A DNA stretch of 64,000 nucleotides from Bdellovibrionota bacterium. Lineage in GTDB: Bacteria; Bdellovibrionota_C; UBA2361; JBGSMV01. Both the position numbers and the translations under genes were made by a program. The notes under the pieces were generated by a model that saw only the letters and a program-made list of their open reading frames with translations, made no database searches and had not been told where the DNA came from. The stretch lies in contig JBGSMV010000026.1 of the NCBI GenBank assembly GCA_041739995.1, positions 1 through 64,000 on the forward strand, read 5' to 3'. Positions 19,206-28,255 of the stretch are shown in pieces. Position 1 is the first letter of the stretch. Each line of letters begins with the position of its first letter.

Positions 19206-21500
19206 TTAACGAACGAACCGCATCCGCGTTTGTCTGCTACTAAGAACTCCCATAAAACTCGGCGCGGCTAAAAATACTCTCTGCGCCTCACCCTCGACTT
19301 GCCAGCGCGGAGTGTACGAGTAGCCAAGCACCACGGGACAGTGTGCATCGAACTCGAAGGCTTCGGCCTCCTCCTTGGTGAAGGCTATTCCCGGAACTTC
19401 AAGTGCGTTGGGGGTCTGCTCAAGAATATTTCTCACGGCGACTTCCAGCTCGGTAGTAGATTTTGGGTCACTAATATCCGCGATAGAAACTACACCAGGA
19501 ACAGACGTCCGCGTTGAATCGTTAAGATAAATGACGGGCAATCCTAGGCCCTCAATTGAAGCCGCCTCGTTCTGGTCAATTGGCACATTCCACTGAAGCG
19601 CAACGATAATTCCAGCAAACTGCGCACGTTCGTCCTCGCGAAGTGTTGCCACTGAATCGTCTAGTCGAAACACATCGCGCGGGCCCAAGATCGAACTTGA
19701 AAACCATAGGTCGAAGAACATGCGGAATGACATACCGCCGCTATCTAAAAAGAGAAATGGCCTTCCATTGGTGCACCGGACACGGGGGCGAAAGGTTCGC
19801 AGTCGGTACACCATAAACTCGCCTCGCTTCACCACTTCATCGATCACCTCACCAACGAGCGGCGCAAGCTTCCTTCGAGCAAGCCTCGTGCTGACGAGCA
19901 AATACTCCACGTTGTAAAACCCGAGGCGCTCGATGAGTTGTTGGGGAAGAAGACCAGTAAATCCGGCCTGAGAGTACAACTCAGTACGCCCCCAAAGCAT
20001 GCTGTCCGTAAGTTCGCTTAACATTGGATTGACAAACCCCGCAGAGAGCGCGGACTCCGACAACAACCCTGGCAACACGGGTATACCATGCTTAAGCGGC
20101 AACATTGCGGAGAAGAAGTGCGGCGATCCAAGGATGTACTGATTCTTCATTGCGCTCTCGGTTGCTACTCGTCCCGTACGCGGAAGCTTGGCAATTTCTT
20201 CCATAATGGCTTCCGCATCAGCATACCAAGAGTACTGGTCGACAAAGTGGTGCACGGGGAAGTTGCCAGGTTGTCGATACCCAAACGGATCTTTCACATC
20301 CTCCTTGAGATCAAACTTAAAGCCAGTTGCTACAACTAGGGTCAGTACGGCCCAGCTCCACACTAGGCGAGGATTTAGCCGACGGGACAAGTGCACGAGG
20401 CCGCCGGCAGCTATTATTAGCATCAGTCCTGAAATGGACTGGGTGAATCGATAGTAGTGAAGCGGAGTCGTGGTGGTATGAGGGAAGAAGTCTCGTGGCA
20501 GAACGATCAACAAACCGAAGAATAAGACAAGCAGTTGCCACTTTTGTGCACGTGCCAGCGCAGCCACTCCGAAGAGTGTTGCAGACAGAAAGAGAATACC
20601 AGTCCAAGGAAGGCTCAGGCCTAGACTACTAAAGGAAGCACCTCTCTTTGCTTCTTGGACCAGGGCCTGCAGCTTACCCGGATTCATCTCAGGAAATAGG
20701 GCAAAGAGGGGATCTGGATATTGACTCGAGGCAGCAAGCTTGGCAGCAGAGCTAAGTTCAAGGTGATCGAGAAACGGCACGAGCCACCAAGCGCTAAGTG
20801 CAATCCCCAACAATCCGGAGGCAACAATCCACCCACGCTGCCGCCAAGATTTTGCACAAAGCACAAGAATACCGAGGCAGGCTGCCAAGAACAGCGCAGA
20901 CAACGAATGGCAAAGTAAAACAAGCGCGATTACAAAGCCCGTCACCAATAGTCGACGCCAGCCCCAGGATTGGGCGCTCCGGGGCGCACACAACCCAAGC
21001 ACGGTGAGAGATAGTGCAAGCCCGAGCATGTGGGCCACTAAGCCGACGAACGTAGCGGCATGAATGCCCATCCCCAAGAGCGAAAAGTCGCGCCCCAAGA
21101 GAAGCCATAGCGCCCCAAGAATCCATGAGAACCGAGCGCTCTCCGATCCAAGCCACGAGCGAGTGGCCCACCACAGTGACACCAGAAACAGAATCGGTGT
21201 CAGGACGAGCAGGAGGTTAAAGCCGAAGCCAATCGACACTATACCGCCAGAAAGGAAGTAGGGGCCTGCTGCGAGCACATAGGCGAGCGGTTGGTACAAG
21301 GTGAATGACGGATAGCCCGCGTACCATAAAGGGTCGTAACCCGTAACATGCCCCCGCGCGAGGAGGTCCCCCATATGGTGAGCAAGATAGAAATGGCAGC
21401 TCGTATCCCAACCAGCCGGTGCCCTGCTGCTAAGCAGAGGGATGAGATGATAAAGCACTGCTAAGAATGCAAACGCAGGCGAAAGAATCTTTGAGAGCAT
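19206..21500 (-). CDS. polytopic membrane protein, PTPS-related / YfhO-like GT-C-type glycosyltransferase
   Basis: GWDTSCH...YDPLWYAGYPSFTLYQPL first loop, many TM helices, extracytoplasmic C-terminal domain. Confidence 0.75.
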   Translation of the reverse strand: MLSKILSPAFAFLAVLYHLIPLLSSRAPAGWDTSCHFYLAHHMGDLLARGHVTGYDPLWYAGYPSFTLYQPLAYVLAAGPYFLSGGIVSIGFGFNLLLVLTPILFLVSLWWATRSWLGSESARFSWILGALWLLLGRDFSLLGMGIHAATFVGLVAHMLGLALSLTVLGLCAPRSAQSWGWRRLLVTGFVIALVLLCHSLSALFLAACLGILVLCAKSWRQRGWIVASGLLGIALSAWWLVPFLDHLELSSAAKLAASSQYPDPLFALFPEMNPGKLQALVQEAKRGASFSSLGLSLPWTGILFLSATLFGVAALARAQKWQLLVLFFGLLIVLPRDFFPHTTTTPLHYYRFTQSISGLMLIIAAGGLVHLSRRLNPRLVWSWAVLTLVVATGFKFDLKEDVKDPFGYRQPGNFPVHHFVDQYSWYADAEAIMEEIAKLPRTGRVATESAMKNQYILGSPHFFSAMLPLKHGIPVLPGLLSESALSAGFVNPMLSELTDSMLWGRTELYSQAGFTGLLPQQLIERLGFYNVEYLLVSTRLARRKLAPLVGEVIDEVVKRGEFMVYRLRTFRPRVRCTNGRPFLFLDSGGMSFRMFFDLWFSSSILGPRDVFRLDDSVATLREDERAQFAGIIVALQWNVPIDQNEAASIEGLGLPVIYLNDSTRTSVPGVVSIADISDPKSTTELEVAVRNILEQTPNALEVPGIAFTKEEAEAFEFDAHCPVVLGYSYTPRWQVEGEAQRVFLAAPSFMGVLSSRQTRMRFVR

Positions 21501-21682
21501 AAGGAGCCCGAAGCCAATTCGACTAAGGCACCACTACTACAAGGCTCGATGCGTTGAATGCAAGAGAATCCAACGCTTACCAACCCAGCTGAGTGAGGCC
21601 GAACCGCTCCGAGCAAAGATTGCGAAGACGCGCTTCGCGGCGGCCCAATGCGGACGCCGAAGCCTCAAAGCTCAAAGAACAC

Positions 21683-21730
21683 AAAAACCCCCGTAAGCCT
21701 ACCTTCGCAGGAAGACTTACGGGGGTTTAA
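21683..21730 (-). terminator. rho-independent terminator downstream of the Cys-rich peptide genes
   Basis: aaaaacccccgtaag...cttacgggggttt inverted repeat with U-tract on the minus strand. Confidence 0.75.
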
Positions 21731-21773
21731 AACCGGTCAAGCCCCAACTAGTGGGCAAAAACCAGTGTTCGGC

Positions 21774-22118
21774 CTACCACTCTGTATCGCCGCGATTCTG
21801 ACCGCTTCCAGAACCCGAACCGGACCCAGAACCAGAGGGGCGAATAGTCTTACACTGGCAAGAACCATTGTTGTTCTTCTTGCATTCTATCCGGGAACCA
21901 TCTGCCTTATTGCAAGTGCACTTTGTTTGACTACCTGTGCCTGTGCAGCTGCAGGAAGTCCCCTGACAGGAACACGCGGTGCTTCCAGACCCAGGTATAG
22001 ACGTTTTGCAGTCGACACAATCCGCCGCGGAGGCGTTAGAAGGCAGCAAAGTTGGTGCCGCAGCAGATACTGCCACAAAGGCTAGAGCGAGAAATACGCG
22101 AGAAATAAATGCTTTCAT
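21774..22118 (-). CDS. secreted cysteine-rich mini-protein with (GS)n tail
   Basis: Sec signal peptide ending ASA; 11 Cys with several CxC; GAGGA SD. Confidence 0.85.
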   Translation of the reverse strand: MKAFISRVFLALAFVAVSAAAPTLLPSNASAADCVDCKTSIPGSGSTACSCQGTSCSCTGTGSQTKCTCNKADGSRIECKKNNNGSCQCKTIRPSGSGSGSGSGSGQNRGDTEW

Positions 22119-22159
22119 GATTTCCTCTTAAAGTTGCTTACAGTGAAAATGGACGAAGC

Positions 22160-22573
22160 TTAAGTGCGCACACAATTACAGCCCTGGCCGTTACTATTAC
22201 GGGTGCAACGAACTTTAGTCCCATTTCCATCGTCGCACTCTACCCAAGCTCTACTTCCACTCCCACCGGGTGTACAGCCGCCAGTTCCCACGCAGCCGCA
22301 GCCTACTCCACCGTTGGAGGGGAGATTGCATTCGGTCCCTGTACAGTTAGCACTCTGGGCGGCGGCTGAAGAGCCGTCGAAATCACCAGCAAGAATCGAC
22401 TCGTAGAGAGCAATTTCCAGATTCAATGAGTCTAACTCAGGAGAAGGCTGGTACTGCGTCCCGCCAAGGGAAGTCTCAGCGTCGGCGCTGTTCACAAAAG
22501 GGTGAATCCCCGCACTAAAGGTGAGAGCAGCAACTGCGCACACCGCGATCGAAAGCATTATTCGAAATCTCAT
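22160..22573 (-). CDS. secreted cysteine-rich mini-protein with acidic pro-region (paralog of 21774-22118)
   Basis: Signal peptide, acidic spacer, 9-Cys core alignable with its neighbour; ATG at 22573 with GGAG SD. Confidence 0.85.
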   Translation of the reverse strand: MRFRIMLSIAVCAVAALTFSAGIHPFVNSADAETSLGGTQYQPSPELDSLNLEIALYESILAGDFDGSSAAAQSANCTGTECNLPSNGGVGCGCVGTGGCTPGGSGSRAWVECDDGNGTKVRCTRNSNGQGCNCVRT

Positions 22574-22777
22574 AGTCATTCTCCGGGTAAACAAGTAAAA
22601 ACTGCAAAATCCAGACACACAGTTCGATCACGCTTCGCACCTCCCGCGTTGACGCCAGAGCCTTACGAAGACAACCACCTACACAACCAAAAATGAGCAA
22701 TTGATAAAAAAGAGCACAAAGTGAAGAAGGTGCCTAGCGAATCGCTGAATCCCTTCAGGAGGACCTCGGTCGCACCT

Positions 22778-22805
22778 CTTATAGCACGAGCGAGGGAACT
22801 GTCAA
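22778..22805 (-). promoter_or_regulatory. sigma70-type promoter for the Cys-rich peptide pair
   Basis: TTGACA-N16-TATAAG with TG extension. Confidence 0.55.
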
Positions 22806-22902
22806 TGAATAATCGTTTCCTAGAGAGTTAGACAATCATTCATGCTAGCCTCGACCCCGTCGGAAACATCTCCTTTGTTGGCTGCAGGCTCCTGAGAAGA
22901 TT

Positions 22903-24420
22903 ATGCACACTCAAACGAATGCTCGTCGTATGTTTGCTTTGGCCGCGCTTGGAGGCGCCCTGGCAGTAACGGCGAAGAATGGCGCACCACCTGTTGAGTC
23001 ATCTCGAGTCCCTCACGTGGGGACATCCGAAACAGAAGCGCCCTCAGATTTTCCCTCTCTGACGCTCCCGGCTGTAGACAGCCCGGAACTTTCACACGAT
23101 GTAATGCCCACGCTATCCGCTCGGGAGAGACTTGCCGAAGCCACAAGCACCGAGCTTGTGCCGCTTTCAAAAGTTCCAGGGCTAGGCTCCTACGATTGGA
23201 CGGTACGTCTTGCCACAGCCGAGGACCTCGGGAGCGATCAATTCTCATGGCGATTCGATCAAGAGAGCGGCGAACTGTTGGTCCTGGTCCCCGAGATCGA
23301 TCGAAGTTCAGGGGTAAGCTATGTACTCGAAGTACGTACCGAGAAGGGCAGGGCGCTTACTCTTGCCCCCGAGGCTTTCGACAGCTTCTCGTTCATCTTT
23401 GGCTCCCTCGCAGCGGTCGGAGTCGGGGCGGGTGATCCAGCAATTGAACTCGGAGTTCGTCGCTTCGTTTCAGACGAGGCCCAAATCTCATTAGTGGCGG
23501 CGTCGGCCTTCGCGGAGGCGCAAGAGTTGGGTTTCACCGTATTCCCATTCCCAAAGGTAGGCTCGCCCTACGAATGGTCCATGGTAACGAGCACCGAGGA
23601 GAACATCGCGGTTTTGACGGAGAAGTCGGATCTAGTCCGATCCTCGTCATTTGGCGGAAAAGTGTACGTGGTGGAAGTTGGAGCATCGTGGTGCGCTCCC
23701 TGTCGCCATCTTCACAAAGTGCTCTCCCAACTCGTTGAGCAGCACGGAGCTGCGCTTGGGGTAGTATCGGTAAATATAGACAATACCGAATTGTCCGAAT
23801 CCGCTTCCCAGGTTCTTACCGAGCAGCTGCACGACGCGAAGCCCCATGACGCGTGGCACGTGGTTCGAATACCTGGGGATTCAGAGGCGTGGGCACTGCA
23901 AGCACAAGCATTTCGCGGAACGCTCCGCGCCACAGTCCCGATAATCGTGTTAGTCGATGCGAATGGCACAGTAGTCAGCAATTCACTTACCGTGAACCAG
24001 GTTAAAGCCGCAGTCGAACAACTGCTATCCGCAGACGCTTCCTCCGCACAAAGCGGCCCCACCGCAACCGGTACGCCTTCAGGCGCCTTAGGCCCGGTCG
24101 CAAATCCGGCGCCGGAGCGTGAACTCTCACGCTTTACCATGCCGGCAGAAGTCCGGAACATCACACCGCTTTATCTTGGGGTTGATCTGTTCGAACCCGA
24201 TAAGCCACCCGCATCGGTCATTCGAATTGCGGAGGAACGGAACCGCGTTGAAGTTCTTAGGCCGTTTGACGGCGAGTTCTATCAGTCGCTTCGTGCGTTC
24301 GATTTGAATGGGGCCGAAATTCCTCTGACCCCTGTGAACAGAGACGGGCTAATATTGTTTCGCTGCGACACTCCGCAACGTCTTGATACAATCGTGCTTT
24401 ATTCGGGACCAGCACAGTAG
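22903..24420 (+). CDS. exported protein with thioredoxin/TlpA-like domain
   Basis: GKVYVVEVGASWCAPCR...VVSVNID...VPIIVLVDANG; N-terminal RR plus hydrophobic segment. Confidence 0.85.
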   Translation: MHTQTNARRMFALAALGGALAVTAKNGAPPVESSRVPHVGTSETEAPSDFPSLTLPAVDSPELSHDVMPTLSARERLAEATSTELVPLSKVPGLGSYDWTVRLATAEDLGSDQFSWRFDQESGELLVLVPEIDRSSGVSYVLEVRTEKGRALTLAPEAFDSFSFIFGSLAAVGVGAGDPAIELGVRRFVSDEAQISLVAASAFAEAQELGFTVFPFPKVGSPYEWSMVTSTEENIAVLTEKSDLVRSSSFGGKVYVVEVGASWCAPCRHLHKVLSQLVEQHGAALGVVSVNIDNTELSESASQVLTEQLHDAKPHDAWHVVRIPGDSEAWALQAQAFRGTLRATVPIIVLVDANGTVVSNSLTVNQVKAAVEQLLSADASSAQSGPTATGTPSGALGPVANPAPERELSRFTMPAEVRNITPLYLGVDLFEPDKPPASVIRIAEERNRVEVLRPFDGEFYQSLRAFDLNGAEIPLTPVNRDGLILFRCDTPQRLDTIVLYSGPAQ

Positions 24421-24711
24421 CTTGATTCCGCTGTTGGCATAGCGCTGTTGGTATACCGTTGCAGCAATATTGGTGCTGAGTATTAGAGCACCGTCACTAC
24501 AAAACCGACCGCACTCTTCGTGGTAGTTCCCGGTGAAACGCCATCACTCGATCGAAATCCCTAGTCGTTCCACAATCTAGTGGTTCACCGGAGACCCAAC
24601 AGATCTAGCAATAAACCTATAAGGTTAGCTCCGCCCCTTGAATCGCCTTTAGCCTGCGAAACACCCGCTCGCTTTCTGGTTCCCAGAACATTCGCTCAGT
24701 CTTAAGCGCTC

Positions 24712-24727
24712 TGGTACACATTCTGCT
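24712..24727 (+). promoter_or_regulatory. sigma54-type promoter
   Basis: TGGTACA-N4-CTGCT (GG-N10-GC) upstream of 24799. Confidence 0.55.
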
Positions 24728-24798
24728 TAATCCCCCCTTAGGGACTTGAGCTCAGCACCGCAACGAGGCGGTTCCTCTCAAGTTGGTGATGTGGTGGT

Positions 24799-26730
24799 GT
24801 GACTCGATATTCAACGTTGTTAAGTTGCGGGCTGTTTGCGCTCATTTCGGCACCATACGCGAGCTTCGCGGAGCTCCCTGCTGCCCCCTTCGATGTCTTC
24901 AACCCCGTCACACAGTCTGTGGTAGAATGTGCTTCACTTGCGCCGGCGCACGCAGCAGTCCCTGTGCAATATTCCAAGCGCCAAGGTTCCTTCGTGAAAC
25001 GCCCAGGCTCAAATCGCCTTCGCAAGCGCGTACGAAGGATTGACCGTCAGCTTCGTCGAGCGCATGCGGTCAGACTCACCGCAAGCCAGTCTGCGCGGAT
25101 TCTAAGAAAGCGGCGCGTAAGCGTGGGTTACCACGCATTAAGGTCGATTTGTTCAACGAGCCTCGAATCGTCGTTTGATCCATGCACGCTTGGCGACATT
25201 AATAATGATGGCAGGGTGGATATCGACGACCTTAATATAGTCATAGCGAATTGGCTGAGTTCTTCTCCCATCCCAGCGGAAGCGGACGTTCACGGCGATG
25301 GCCATGTCGGGATCGATGACTTGAACGCAATTCTGACGTGTTGGGGTGAGCAGTCAATGAGCTCGAGCTCGTCTCATTCAAGCTCCGGTAGCTCATCTAG
25401 CACAAGCTCTAGTGTCGCGCAGAGTTCGAGTTCCTCTTCGTCACAGAGCATAAGCAGCAGTTCGTCTTCCTCTGCCTCATCCAACAATTCATCCAGCAAC
25501 AGCTCATCAAGCGCAACAAGCAGCAGCTCCTCAAGCTCAAGCGTTCCTGTCGTGTATCTTCCATGTGCGATGATTGATCCCAACAACCCACTTTGCGACG
25601 AGCCTCACGAGATTGCCCCTTGGGCGGACCAGTATGGCGGTCCCTATTCCTATAGCCAGCTAATCGTTCAGCCTGCCGCCTATCAGAAGCGAACCAATCC
25701 GGCGGCGATGATTCAACTCAGTTATCCCACGTGCGAATTCAACTTTGACGGTTCCCCGAACCCAAATTTCAACCCCCAGAATCCTCGAAGTTGGAATCAT
25801 TTCCTAAAGTCCAAACTTGAGACGGAGGGCTTCCGTCCCGCACTCGACTACCTAATGGAGCAACTTCACTCTGTGGGATTCCGTGAAGTGTGGTTCTGGG
25901 GCTTTGCGGGACACCAACGGTGCGACCACACGAATGCTGATTTCTATTCTGCCATGCCGTGGCTCACGCTCGACGCATGGACACCTGCAATGCTGAATTC
26001 ATGGCAAGATTTTGTCTTGTACTGGAACTCGCGAGGAGTGAGTTTCGGATTTTATCTCGGCTCCATACATACTCCGAATCACGGCACCACTCTTAATCCC
26101 GACTTCCGTTGGCTCACGAGAGCCGACTATGCCTTCGTCGGTAATACGCTGCTTCAGGCAAAGAATATGGGATTCAAGATGATTGGACTTGATGCCTACA
26201 CCCTTGGCCAGTCTACACTCGACGTCGCCCCGTTCGGTAATCCGTTGTATTGGCCTCCAAATCCCGAAGATCATCCCCTGGCCGGGCAACCGAGGGACAA
26301 AGGACTTATGGTCGACCTCCTCGCCTACCTAAGAGGGAGAGCCGATCTGCAGAATCTACACCTTGAAATCGAGAGCTGGGTTCCTCATTCTAAAGCGCAG
26401 AGTCTGGCCGCGGATCTTACCGTTATTCGTCCAACCGCGAATCCGTCAGGTTGGCCAACGATCTACGAGTTCATGTCGAATGCAAAATATGCCCCGTACT
26501 ACAAGGAGCTCCTCAATCCGGGTTTTCAGGTTACCGCGCTGGTCATGTTTACGGGTTGGACAGTTCAAGAATTCGGGCATGCTATCTTGGGACTTCGAGC
26601 CCATGGATATCGACCAATGTTCTCGGTCTATACCACGCTCGGCCCGCTTGGTTGTCTGAGAATTAATCCAGACCTTCCGAATGAGCCGCTGTCGATCGAG
26701 TGTCTCGGCAAACTGCTTGGAGCGTTTTAG
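24799..26730 (+). CDS. secreted protein with dockerin-like double EF-hand, Ser-rich linker and possible TIM-barrel glycoside hydrolase-like domain
   Basis: GDINNDGRVDIDDLNIVIANW / ADVHGDGHVGIDDLNAILTCWG; about 65-aa poly-Ser; aromatic-rich C-terminal domain (VSFGFYLGS, IGLDAY, LEIE). Confidence 0.8.
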   Translation: MTRYSTLLSCGLFALISAPYASFAELPAAPFDVFNPVTQSVVECASLAPAHAAVPVQYSKRQGSFVKRPGSNRLRKRVRRIDRQLRRAHAVRLTASQSARILRKRRVSVGYHALRSICSTSLESSFDPCTLGDINNDGRVDIDDLNIVIANWLSSSPIPAEADVHGDGHVGIDDLNAILTCWGEQSMSSSSSHSSSGSSSSTSSSVAQSSSSSSSQSISSSSSSSASSNNSSSNSSSSATSSSSSSSSVPVVYLPCAMIDPNNPLCDEPHEIAPWADQYGGPYSYSQLIVQPAAYQKRTNPAAMIQLSYPTCEFNFDGSPNPNFNPQNPRSWNHFLKSKLETEGFRPALDYLMEQLHSVGFREVWFWGFAGHQRCDHTNADFYSAMPWLTLDAWTPAMLNSWQDFVLYWNSRGVSFGFYLGSIHTPNHGTTLNPDFRWLTRADYAFVGNTLLQAKNMGFKMIGLDAYTLGQSTLDVAPFGNPLYWPPNPEDHPLAGQPRDKGLMVDLLAYLRGRADLQNLHLEIESWVPHSKAQSLAADLTVIRPTANPSGWPTIYEFMSNAKYAPYYKELLNPGFQVTALVMFTGWTVQEFGHAILGLRAHGYRPMFSVYTTLGPLGCLRINPDLPNEPLSIECLGKLLGAF

Positions 26731-26786
26731 CGCTTCACGTCGCTGCAGAGCCTGGCCCCCGCAAAGCGCAGCAAATTCGCCTGCCC

Positions 26787-26981
26787 AGAGGGGACCGCTC
26801 TCGCTCGAGAAGCTTGAGATCGCCGACAACATCGTCGTGTACACCACCAATGACGGACGCACACACGAGTTCGATGCACTGGAATTCCTGGCGCTCATGT
26901 CGTGCCACATGAAACAATCCGGCAGAGTTAGAATTATCTTGGTTAGGTAACTCGATGGGTTAGATCGATTTTCCTATGCCC
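26787..26981 (+). mobile_element. IS91-like remnant (copy D) with oriIS-like end
   Basis: Near-identical to 4388-4581. Confidence 0.85.
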
Positions 26982-27066
26982 GCTGACTCGCCGGTTCGAC
27001 GCCGCGCTGGACTGAGGAGTCACCCCTGATCCCTTACGGCTACCATGCTTGTGGTGGCGGCGGTCT

Positions 27067-27082
27067 TGGCATGTCTCTTGCT
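27067..27082 (+). promoter_or_regulatory. sigma54-type promoter
   Basis: TGGCATG-N4-TTGCT upstream of 27166. Confidence 0.6.
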
Positions 27083-27165
27083 TTCTTCACGCGTAGAAAT
27101 GCGCACCGTGGCTTCAGCTCGTATATACCGTATTGGACCTAACGGTCCTTCTTGGGGAACCATAA

Positions 27166-27636
27166 ATGTTATCAAAATATTCATTCGCAGCAGTCGGGGT
27201 TTCACTTTTTACCTTCTTGTCCGGCGCAGTCCAGGCCCAATCCTCCATTATCCCGATTGAGCTACACTCGTCGGTGTGGATTGAGGACCAGCTCGGCACG
27301 TGGACCGCACCGGTCCGCCTTCTTCACCACTCAGGAGATTTGCTTTCGCCAGATGCGAATAGCGCCAAGTTTTCTCCACCAATTCGAACGACCACTGATC
27401 TTGTAATCTCAATGCCGCCTGGTACGACGGCCATTGGACTCACCGATAATCGAGGCCAAGTCGTCGCAGGAGTTCTTTGTGATAGTCTCGCATGCATTCT
27501 TCGACATCAGGTGGTGGAAAGGGACCCCGACACTCAGCGTGTAATGAGACTGCCAGCCGGAACTTACGTGATTCACATCTCGGATGCTGCGGGAAGCCGG
27601 CAACACAAACTTCGAATTCATTACCCAAACGGGTAG
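27166..27636 (+). CDS. secreted hypothetical protein (beta-sandwich-like)
   Basis: Signal peptide ending AVQA; LPAGTYVIHI C-terminal motif. Confidence 0.7.
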   Translation: MLSKYSFAAVGVSLFTFLSGAVQAQSSIIPIELHSSVWIEDQLGTWTAPVRLLHHSGDLLSPDANSAKFSPPIRTTTDLVISMPPGTTAIGLTDNRGQVVAGVLCDSLACILRHQVVERDPDTQRVMRLPAGTYVIHISDAAGSRQHKLRIHYPNG

Positions 27637-27878
27637 GATCGAAATTGCTCTGAAGTAAGCCGGATACTAGCGTTTACTAAAACGCATTTATCTCTCTTTC
27701 AGCAAACTTTTCTCCTCTGGAGCCGGACTACTTAATCGCCTGCGTAAGATCGGCGGGTTGTGATGGAGGCTTCGAGGTCTTTGGGAAAGTTTCCAAATAC
27801 CCGGCTGAATCGATGGGAGAACTCGAGTAGCCCGGCTCGAGGCACGAAACAACTGCACCCACGAAATCCACGTAAGCC

Positions 27879-28228
27879 TTAGGGAGCTACGATCTCCCAC
27901 TGACCTCCATCGAGGCATCGCTTGGCATCATTCATCACCAGTTTTGTACAAGCGGCCAATCCATCTGCTGCAATATTAAGGCATGCCGCATAGTCAGAGC
28001 GACACTTATGACCACAGAGTCCGATATGTCCGAATGTGCAAGTGCTCATGCAGTAGTGGTACTGCGCTTGCACTGCGAAAGATCACTTTGATTGGTAAGC
28101 CGACAAATTTCGGAAAAACGTGTGAAGGTGTCATAGCAGCCAAGTGCGAGTGCGTAGTCCGCTCTTGCGGTGCTTGCCGAGAGTAATAGTAGCCCGAAAC
28201 ATGCTGACGCTAGGACCCTTTTCGACAT
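27879..28228 (-). pseudogene. secreted 10-Cys peptide split by a 1-nt frameshift at about 28068
   Basis: ORFs 28046-28234 and 27879-28073 join if one base is added in tgc-aa-gcg; signal peptide ending ARA; GAGGTGG SD. Confidence 0.75.
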
Positions 28229-28255
28229 TTCCACCTCTCAATTAACCGATGCTAT

